Positions 20,618-28,825 of a stretch of 32,028 nucleotides of DNA are shown here, one piece after another. The notes below the pieces were generated by a model that saw only the letters and a program-made list of their open reading frames with translations, was not told the DNA's origin and searched no databases. The DNA comes from Stramenopiles sp. TOSAG23-3 (taxonomy: Eukaryota): NCBI GenBank assembly GCA_900128585.1, contig LT642219.1, positions 1 through 32,028 on the forward strand, given 5' to 3'. How positions within the stretch are numbered: the stretch's first letter is position 1; the number at the start of each line of letters is the position of its first letter. The translations under genes and the position numbers were made by a program.

Positions 20618-20716
20618 TAAAAACAAAAAATTGGCTGTTATTTAAGTACATTAATTTTAATCACTTAAATAACAGGGGGCCAATTTTTCGTTTTTGTTTA
20701 ACAGCCAATTTGTTTA
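20618..20716. repeat. Imperfect inverted repeat built from copies of a recurring AAAC..AAATTGGCTGTTA motif
   Basis: AAAAATTGGCTGTTATTTAAGT (to 20647) versus ACTTAAATAACAG(gggg)CCAATTTTT (20663-20688), plus a third reverse copy TTTAACAGCCAATTTGTTT near 20697-20715. Confidence 0.75.
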
Positions 20717-20909
20717 TTTACGTAGTTAAAATTTATCGTCTTCATATTACTCACTAATTTAACCTTGAAATATTTATGATATGTAAGAATTACCGTATCA
20801 TATGTGAATATTTTTTATTTTAATAATTCAGGCGCTGTGCCCAGGCCTTCTTCACATCTAATCAAACGCATTGCTCAAATTATACAGTTCGTAAAACGCA
20901 CGCGAGAAT

Positions 20910-21485
20910 CTACCAAGAAAACGAAGACTTGCCTTTGAAAGAGGCGCTTGTTTCCGACTGGGTTCCGAGTTTTGCGCCGCCAGCCCCCGCACTGTTCGGA
21001 ACGTTTAAGTTTAACTCTGGGTGTTCTTTTGCGATCTTTTCTAGCATTTTTGGGTCTTCAATCTTCACTGGGGCTTTGTCCTTTGGATTCTGACCAGGGG
21101 CAAGCCCTAGTTTAGCAACGTTGATCTTTCGAGTGTCGTTTTCAAATAGCTTTGCCCAAAACCCTTGGCTTTCCTTGGCCTTCGGCAAGTGGATAAGCAA
21201 CGAAGACTCACCGGAGCCTGCGTCGGAGGAGGACAGCGACCAAACACAATCAGGAGTTGTTACTTCATACTTTGAAGGGAACACAGAAGTGTTGGGTGGA
21301 AAAACGCTATCGCCAAAGATAAACAAGCTCATACTGCGAGGTTTGACCTCAAATTTGACATCGGAGGCCTTCGTGTTGACACGAAGGGGAACATTAATCG
21401 TAATGTCCTTCGCCGTTTGTACCCAGGAGTATGACCCATCCTCGCTGGTTAGACCACCATCCACCGCGTCTTCTAGTTCACTCAT
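20910..21485 (-). CDS. CS-domain (p23/NudC-like) co-chaperone
   Basis: YSWVQT..DITINVP....TKA.DVK.E..P..MSL....CVWS....L.IHLPK.......FWAKL matches the CS-domain pattern. Confidence 0.85.
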   Translation of the reverse strand: MSELEDAVDGGLTSEDGSYSWVQTAKDITINVPLRVNTKASDVKFEVKPRSMSLFIFGDSVFPPNTSVFPSKYEVTTPDCVWSLSSSDAGSGESSLLIHLPKAKESQGFWAKLFENDTRKINVAKLGLAPGQNPKDKAPVKIEDPKMLEKIAKEHPELNLNVPNSAGAGGAKLGTQSETSASFKGKSSFSW

Positions 21486-21675
21486 GGGGTGTGCCCAAGG
21501 CTTGCTTTAGAACAAAAGTGTGCAAGAATGATTAAAAAGTACAGCGATAATCTTCTTCTGTAATTGGTTCTACAATTAAAAAAGTTTTGCTTTGTTAATT
21601 TTTGTGCATGTATTTTGTAAATATACATATCATACTATATTTATTTTTTCGGAGACCGTGCGTAGTAGAGATGAT

Positions 21676-21863
21676 NNNNNNNNNNNNNNNNNNNNNNNNN
21701 NNNNNNNNNNNNNNNNNNNNNNNNNNNNNNNNNNNNNNNNNNNNNNNNNNNNNNNNNNNNNNNNNNNNNNNNNNNNNNNNNNNNNNNNNNNNNNNNNNNN
21801 NNNNNNNNNNNNNNNNNNNNNNNNNNNNNNNNNNNNNNNNNNNNNNNNNNNNNNNNNNNNNNN
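21676..21863. other. Assembly gap (188 N)
   Basis: Run of N. Confidence 1.
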
Positions 21864-22052
21864 TATACCACGTATGCGCTTTAAAACTCTCTCATATAAA
21901 AAGATATTAAAAAGCAAGAAAACTGGCTGTTATTTATTAAGTAATTAAAATTAATGTACGGCGAACTGAACTCTAGATTTAGACATTCAAGGTTTGCATT
22001 CCTTCATGTACTGCGAACTTATCTTTGCTCTTTTGGTTATATATGACACAAA

Positions 22053-22999
22053 TTATAGCTGCGATGCTGGTGCATCTGGTGCAAGATTGCCATTGTCTTG
22101 GTAACCATTATTACCGGAGGAAAGTTTTTGGTCTTCTGCATTTTGGTAGTTTGTGCTGCTACTCCCATTTCCGTCGCCCATTTTGCTCTTGGCAAACGAA
22201 TACACAGTGGTCGTAGAATAGACAATTCCATCTTTTGTATACCCTGGTAGTGCCCCCCAAAAGTCGCGGTTAGGAATTGCTTCCAAGCCCTTTTTTTCCT
22301 TCTTGTACACGTTGAACGTTACGCCACCAACACAGTAAACACTGAACACGATGATAAAAACGATGAAAAAGGTTCCAAAAAATCCATTACCGTTGTTACC
22401 CCCGGGCTGATCGCCCCCTCCAGGTTTGTCACCCCCTGGGCACCCTTTGTCGCACGCATGGCACGTTGGAAACGTAAAGGTGTACTCGCACCCGTCGTTT
22501 GCTATGGTAATGTCACTATTCGATGGTACGGCTTTGTTCGGATCGCAGGTGAACTCGATATCCAAATCTCTGGGAGCGAAATTGCAATTTTCTCCATTTG
22601 AAGATAGCAGGGAGGCTCCGGTGGGCACACCCGCACTCCACCTTACACTGGTGTCGTACACCCCTAGAACGTAGCATTCCATGGAGATGCCATTCAGTTT
22701 TTGCACGGCCATCCCTGCGGACGGAACTTTATCACTGCACTTCGTTTGCGAGGTCCCACACACGGTCAAGTCGCTTCAAGGTTTGGTGGAAAGAAGGCGT
22801 TAGATGAGGAAAGCGAGAGTATTTTTGAAGGTGAAAATATTACTTACTACGTATACCCCCCATCGACTACAGCGAAGCTCTTCCCCTTCAAAGAAGAGAA
22901 GTCGTACTTATCGTATTTGCAGTCCGGGCCTGCTTTCACCGCAGCGGCAAAAAGCCCTAGGTTCCCTACTACGAGCGCAAGCGCACAAATGGCATACAT
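22053..22999 (-). CDS. ATG27 / cation-dependent mannose-6-phosphate-receptor-like type I membrane protein; join(22848..22999, 22053..22773), 290 aa
   Basis: Signal peptide MYAICALALVVG.., MRH-domain motifs YDFSSL, YDLTVCG, NGENC, I.FTCDP, CEY.F.F.T.HAC, then a TM segment FFIVFIIVFSVYCVGGV and G.EAIPN.DFW..LP...KDG. Removing the intron restores the frame (152+721 = 873 nt). Confidence 0.9.
22774..22847 (-). other. 74-nt spliceosomal (U2) intron
   Basis: On the minus strand: GTAAGT donor at 22847, CTAAC branch point near 22799-22803, pyrimidine tract, AAG acceptor ending 22774. Splicing gives ...GYT-Y-DLTVCG. Confidence 0.9.
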
Positions 23000-23109
23000 G
23001 GTCCACACGTCAAATCTATATTTTATTATACACCCAAAAATCAAAGTTTTCAATACGTGTACATATGTATTTCATTCAGCTCGTTTATTCATTTCATCAG
23101 TTTCTTTAA

Positions 23110-23110
<1 letters not shown>

Positions 23111-23140
<30 letters not shown>

Positions 23141-23157
23141 TTATCTATCTATTTATC
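23111..23157. repeat. (ATCT)n microsatellite
   Basis: atctatctatctatct... with two ATTT variants. Confidence 0.9.
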
Positions 23158-23289
23158 TTCACGTTATTTTTTCTCTTCTTGCGTGCTTTGTCACACAGTA
23201 ATTATATTGTAGTAGTAGATTGTCTACTAATAATAGACGACTATTAATACTGCTGACGACGGCCTCTCGGCCTCTCCCTCTCCCTCTCC

Positions 23290-23528
23290 TTCCTCCTTCT
23301 TCTTCTTCTTCTTCTTCTTCTTCTATAATATTTAATATTTTAGACTATTATTTTCAAATAATTTTTCTTCTTTCTTCTTCTTCTTCTTCTTCTTCTTCTT
23401 CTTCTTTTTCTTCTTCTTCTTCTTTCTTTCTTCTTCTTCTTTTTTTCTTCTTTTTTCTTCTTCTTCTTCTTCTTTTTCTTTTTCTTTTTCTTTTTTTTCT
23501 TCTTCTTCTTCTTCTTCTTCTTCTTTTT
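23290..23528. repeat. (TTC)n / polypyrimidine low-complexity tract
   Basis: Long ttc repeats interrupted once by an AT stretch; source of spurious poly-K/E/S/L ORFs. Confidence 0.95.
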
Positions 23529-24341
23529 CACATTCTTCATCATCGAACTTCAAACTGGATCGAACATATCAGCGTATTTATATACTATGATCTATTTATA
23601 TACACACAGCATTATAATTATAATTTGAAATAGAAGTATCATAAAAAAAAATGAAGAAGGTTGTCCTGAATATGAAAAGTCCTTAACCCTAACACTAAAC
23701 ACTGATCATAAAATTATTAAATAGACACTAGTCTAATTAAAAGGCTTCGTGTCCAACTATAAATAGACTAGTATAGCCCACTATTTCTATGTATGTATTT
23801 TTTCTCCTAATTTGAGTGGCTGTGATTCCAATTTGTAAATCTATACTGTGTAATGTTATTTTCATCCCTTGGTATAGATTTTATTATTGCGAAAAAGATA
23901 ATTTCCTGAAAACTAAACTGAAACGCTCTTTGTTTTTCCTATATTATTTCCCTGTTATTTCTATAGTCTTCGTACCGAATCTTGGTAGAATTGTAAAAAA
24001 ATATCTTTCGTAGTAATATTAATACGTACTATTTACCTGTAAATTAATAATATTAATACCTCCGCCGCCCCTCGCCCCACACCCCACATTTTTTATTTTG
24101 CGCACATTCCTATGGTAAATCTATATTGATGTAGAGTTAAAACAAACGAGGTGGTGTGTTTTTACTTACTTATACGACGACGAATCAATGCACGCACGGG
24201 AGCATAGACGTTGCACCTTCACTTGTAGAAAGAGAAGTTAATAACGTGCAGAAGTTACGTAGCTTTACGAAAGTATCTCAAATTCAAATTCAACAAAACA
24301 AAACAAAAAAGTATTAAAACCACCTACCTTCTTCACGAAAA

Positions 24342-24995
24342 ATGAAAGTCACCGCTATCTTAGCCGCCCTCGGATTGTCCGCAGCCGCCGTTCAAGCCAC
24401 TGTCCTTACCGACTCCAACTACGATGACGAGACTGCCGGAAAGACCGTATTCATCAAATTCTACGCCCCATGGTGCGGTCACTGCAAACGCTTGGCCCCA
24501 GCCTGGAAAGAGCTTATGGACAAGTACGAGGGCCATGCCAGCGCTATGGTTGGCCACGCCGACTGCACCGGCGAAGCCAAAGAACTTTGCAACAAGCAAG
24601 GCGTCCAAGGGTTCCCAACGCTAAAGTACGGTGACCCCAACAACTTGGAGGACTACGAAGGTGGGCGCGACCTCGAAGAGCTCACCAAGTTTGCCGAAGA
24701 AAACTTGAAACCAATGTGTTCCCCAAAAGACTTGGACCTGTGCGAAGAAGACGACCGCAAGGAAATCGAAGGTTTCATGGCTTTGTCGGCCGAAGACTTG
24801 GCGGCAAAGATCGCTGAAAAGGAAGAAACCATCAAGAACGCTGGCGAGACCTTCGACGAAAAGTTGAAGGAGCTTCAAGCCACCTACGAAGAACTCCAAA
24901 AGACCCGCGACGACACCATTGCCGAAGTCAAAGCGAGCGGACTTGGACTGATGAAGTCAGTGGCAGCACACAGTGCCGAAAAGACCGATCTCTGA
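24342..24995 (+). CDS. ER protein-disulfide-isomerase-like protein (single thioredoxin domain + helical/coiled-coil C-terminus)
   Basis: Signal peptide, FIKFYAPWCGHCK active site, DCT...LC...GVQGFPTLKYG, C-terminal KTDL (KDEL-like). Confidence 0.92.
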   Translation: MKVTAILAALGLSAAAVQATVLTDSNYDDETAGKTVFIKFYAPWCGHCKRLAPAWKELMDKYEGHASAMVGHADCTGEAKELCNKQGVQGFPTLKYGDPNNLEDYEGGRDLEELTKFAEENLKPMCSPKDLDLCEEDDRKEIEGFMALSAEDLAAKIAEKEETIKNAGETFDEKLKELQATYEELQKTRDDTIAEVKASGLGLMKSVAAHSAEKTDL

Positions 24996-25517
24996 TTGCT
25001 TACAAAGGCGAGAAATGAAAGTAAATTTCCTGTCGTTTCTCAGCTTTTGTTGGTTATGTGTGTGCTCGCATTTTTGTCTTCCGGAGAGAAGTCTTCAAAG
25101 AGGGAAGTTGGTAGCAACCAAGGCAGTTGACGTTTTCGTAAGCGTCACTCCAGTCGTCAAATTAGTCCGTGTCCGTGTCCTAGAGTAAATAGTCAAGGTT
25201 GACATCTGAGTTGGTACAGATAGCATACGCTTCCAGGCAGCCGGTAGTCTCTACCGTTTTGCTTGGGGCGACAAGTGCCGTTTTTGAACCAACTCACATG
25301 TACAGAATAACCTGACTGCTTCTCTTTCTCGAGAACGGCAAGGCGTGATTTGACGACCGCTTTCAACGCGATCAACCTTTCCTTCTATACAGATTGCAAC
25401 ATCTATAGAACAGAATGCGTCTGCAAAACATATTTTTTCAAGTAGATATGGAAATGATGCTCGTTCGCAATAAATTCAATATTGCAACGTGAGCTGACAC
25501 AAATTGCAGGACCCATA

Positions 25518-28007
25518 TTAAACAAGACTGGCGAAGGGGAGCTTTTGTGCCGCAATCGGCACGAGAAACCTTTGCCCAGACAATGGATTTGCTACTACAC
25601 AAGCAAGCAAAAAGTAGTAGTGAACGACGGGATATTTATATACAAAAAGAGAGGAAACAATCATTAGGCGTCTGGTGCAGACCGGCTCTATAATTTGCAA
25701 GGGCTCAACTTTTCTAAAAATCAAGATCACCCGTTGTGGATGATGAAGAGAGGAAGAAAAGTTTGGGCCACCCCGTCTTAAAAAGTTTAAGACAACTTGG
25801 CAGTTATTAGAGGCGCGTGCGTTTTTATTAAATTTAATAGTCAGCCGGATAGTTTTTATTTTTTCTTTCTCCCTCATCAAAATACGGAACGATGTACGAA
25901 GTAGTTTAACAGTCTCTTCGAGCTGTTTTCGTTTTCTTCTTTGTTTCTCATCTTGAAAAAAGTAATTTTCCATATCTTCATCGTTTGCATTAAATAATGT
26001 CTCTTGTAACATTTTCTCTATTCTGTTCGCATGTATTGGATTTGTGTAACCATCGGTAATAATCATACCCACTTCATCCACATATCTTTTTTTTGCCAAT
26101 TTCCAGTATGCTTCTAACATGTCAATCATGTCGTCAACTTCTTGGGATTCATTGCTGGCATTGCCTAATGTAGATTTGAGAATCTCGATTAATTCAGTTT
26201 TTTTTACGTACCCTGAGGCTAGCGGGTAGTTGCCAATAGTATTTTTCTCATACACCGTTGCGTCAGATATACCGTTTATCTTCTTTTCTACCCGATCATT
26301 ACGTAATTTGTTGATTGTATCCCAGAGATAATGGTTCTCAGTGCTCGGTATTTTTTCTTGGTCAAGTAAGGCTCCCAAGCGCTCTCTGACAATTTCTTGA
26401 ATTGTTTTATAATACTTGTCGATATCGGCTACCAGTCTGTCACATAGTCGCGGAAATTTTGCAGCATGTTTTTTAGCAAAGATATGTGCAGTCTTTATGG
26501 CAAATGTGTGCACATTATCTTGGAAGATTTTGCTTGGTTTTTGCCATAAATTAACATAATCTTCGATCAGAGAGGAGAAAACATTAAAATTTAAAAACCC
26601 GGGAAGTTCACGCCCTCTTCGACATTGCATTAGTTCAAAGAGTTCTCCTCGAAAATGTTTCATTCTTTCTGTAATTTCCCAGTTTTCTTCATCAATACAT
26701 AAATAGTCTCCAATTTTTTTACCCTTTTTTAATTGCAAGATTTTTTCACGGATTTCTCCGTTGTGTGACGTGTGCTCCACTTTAAATGTATCCTTCTCTC
26801 CATGAAATCCTGGCTTTGTTTTGCGCACTGCCTTTTCAAATTCTTTGCGATACTTCCTCTCCTGAGAAATCAAACTTGCTTCATGCTTTTCACTAAAATT
26901 ATCAACCCTTTCCATAACTTTCCGTAGGTCAATTAATACATTTCTGCTGATATCGCTGAAACGCATACGTTTTGCCAACAACGTTTCCGGAGAGCCGTAC
27001 CCAAGCTCCTGTAATTCCCCATTTGCGTCTTCAAGCATTTTATCAACTTCCTTGGACAAAGTTGGAATAGCGACTTCAATACGTTTTACCAAAATTTCAG
27101 TCAAGGCCGTAGATAATGCTTCTACACCAAGTTTATCTTGTATTCCTGGAATGGAATGATATTCGCTCTTTTTAAAATATGCCATTTCGTCTTTGCGAGA
27201 ATCTTCAATACTCATTTGGGAATCCAAATTTGCTTGAGATCGGTTCTTCAGCATAAAATACCCATGCTTTAAAGGCTTGCTGCGGTTCATCAATACTTGC
27301 CTCACTTCTTCTTCAGCGCCTTTATCAACAAGGTCCGGCTTTGTCAGCACGCCAACAGTCCGCTCCCCTTCAGGATCAACTTGATGTGCCTTTTCCAGTA
27401 TTTCGCTAGTAGCTATATCAACATTTGCTGGTATTACTGCTAAGATTACGGTCCTCGTTTGCTTCAAATAATGTGAAAGCATATTTTGAACTTGTTCCAT
27501 CACGTTTTTATTTTGGCCATCAACAATGGTTCTGACAATTCCTGGCAGATCAATTATAGTCAAATCTGGTACATCCGGCCCTCGTAGTTTAATCTCAATG
27601 AATTCATTCTCTCCCGCAAAATCGTTTCCGTCTCCAGCCAATTCATTAGTTAATTTTGTAATATGTTCTGAGATCTTTTCTTTTTCGTTTTCATTTTCTA
27701 TTACAAGCGGGTCTGAGTCTTGTATAGATATTTCAGCTTTCCAAGAGCAACCTTGGCTCATGATTACCATAGTTGGACATCTAGTAACGAGACCAGAGCC
27801 CCGTGGAAACGGAATACCTGATATTGCTTCCAAAACGGACGATTTACCTGAACTTTGGTCACCCATGACCGCAATTTGCGGTATTGGTATTTTTTTGTGC
27901 AATCCGATTTTTCGCAAGTAGTCAACAAGGTCAATAACCGCGCGGGTACGCTCACGCATCATATGTACCGTGTTGTTCATGGAAGAGGGCGAGGAGGAAT
28001 TAGACAT
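25518..28007 (-). CDS. Mx-like dynamin-family GTPase
   Basis: G1 GDQSSGKSS, G2 LVTRCP, G3 DLPG, G4 TKPD. Mx-type signatures PDLTIIDLPGI, NVDIATSEIL, VDPEGERTVGVLTKPDLVDKG.E and stalk motif RGRELPGF. GED-like L.AYW..A.KRYVD...RRKRKQLEE. No PH or proline-rich domain is evident. Confidence 0.93.
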   Translation of the reverse strand: MSNSSSPSSMNNTVHMMRERTRAVIDLVDYLRKIGLHKKIPIPQIAVMGDQSSGKSSVLEAISGIPFPRGSGLVTRCPTMVIMSQGCSWKAEISIQDSDPLVIENENEKEKISEHITKLTNELAGDGNDFAGENEFIEIKLRGPDVPDLTIIDLPGIVRTIVDGQNKNVMEQVQNMLSHYLKQTRTVILAVIPANVDIATSEILEKAHQVDPEGERTVGVLTKPDLVDKGAEEEVRQVLMNRSKPLKHGYFMLKNRSQANLDSQMSIEDSRKDEMAYFKKSEYHSIPGIQDKLGVEALSTALTEILVKRIEVAIPTLSKEVDKMLEDANGELQELGYGSPETLLAKRMRFSDISRNVLIDLRKVMERVDNFSEKHEASLISQERKYRKEFEKAVRKTKPGFHGEKDTFKVEHTSHNGEIREKILQLKKGKKIGDYLCIDEENWEITERMKHFRGELFELMQCRRGRELPGFLNFNVFSSLIEDYVNLWQKPSKIFQDNVHTFAIKTAHIFAKKHAAKFPRLCDRLVADIDKYYKTIQEIVRERLGALLDQEKIPSTENHYLWDTINKLRNDRVEKKINGISDATVYEKNTIGNYPLASGYVKKTELIEILKSTLGNASNESQEVDDMIDMLEAYWKLAKKRYVDEVGMIITDGYTNPIHANRIEKMLQETLFNANDEDMENYFFQDEKQRRKRKQLEETVKLLRTSFRILMREKEKIKTIRLTIKFNKNARASNNCQVVLNFLRRGGPNFSSSLHHPQRVILIFRKVEPLQIIEPVCTRRLMIVSSLFVYKYPVVHYYFLLACVVANPLSGQRFLVPIAAQKLPFASLV

Positions 28008-28825
28008 AGTTTTCTGGTAAAGTTAATTTGAATGATGGATGTTTTGAATATCGTTTAATTTCTTAAGCTTCAGTCTGTTTTTTAAACCTGCTTAATGGTT
28101 CAAATTTCTTAAAATATTATTTAATAGCAAAGATACAAATACCCCTCAACCGGGCCCGCAACAAGAGAGTTGGTTGTGAAGCAACTTTTACTAAAGGCTA
28201 CGAACTGTGTAGAAGTTCGTACTACCGTACAGCAGGACACAACACAGAGGAAATGGAGTGAAAACCTGGGTAAAATACGTAAGGTAGTATTCGCGTTGGT
28301 GGGTTGTTTTTTACGAAAAGATTTGTCTTTGTCGTCTCGCCGTGTGGTGTCACTCATTTTGTTTCCTTCTTCTTATTTCCTTGTTCTTATTAGTCCTATA
28401 TTTATTTCCTTCTTCTTATTTCCTTCTTCTTCTTATTTCCTTCTTCTTATATTTCCTTCTTCTTCTTCTTTTGATTGACGACACAAACTATTCCCGTACC
28501 GTACGGTAATATTAATACCAGGACACAACACTTCTAAAATTATTAGCTTTATGTATATTATTTAAAATAATAATAATAATAATAGAACGACTGCTAATAA
28601 TATAATATACATCATCTTCTCCTCGTCTCCTACTCTCGTATGCGCGTACTTCGTGTCACTCTCATTTTGCATCATTCCATTATTTCATAGACGGTACGAG
28701 TTCCTAAATTAGAACAGTTTTTTCACGAGTCGAAACGTACGAGGACAGTTAACCAGGAACTCTAAATTAAAACGTTGAAAGTTCAACGACTAGTCGCAAA
28801 TTTTATATGCCAAACGACAACTAAG
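28008..28825. promoter_or_regulatory. Putative bidirectional promoter between the Mx-like and RLR-like genes
   Basis: 818-nt spacer between divergent ATGs (28007 minus, 28826 plus); contains duplicated motifs and a TTCCTTCTTCTTAT-type tandem tract. Confidence 0.55.
28363..28470. repeat. Degenerate tandem (TTCCTTCTTCTTAT)n low-complexity repeat
   Basis: Repeated ttccttcttcttattt units. Confidence 0.75.

Noticed and set aside
21592-21948. ORFs spanning the N-gap
   Set aside because: Artefacts of translating N.
22770-22850. Apparent frameshift in the ATG27-like gene
   Set aside because: Fully explained by a canonical 74-nt GT-AG intron.
23220-23633. Poly-S/L/K/E ORFs
   Set aside because: Translations of the (TTC)n microsatellite.
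23683-23705. Telomere-like TAACCCTAACACTAAAC
   Set aside because: Only one or two degenerate units; expected by chance.
25181-25375. Minus-strand mini-ORF with a possible GTGAGT...CTAG intron
   Set aside because: Splicing yields only a few more codons and no recognisable product.
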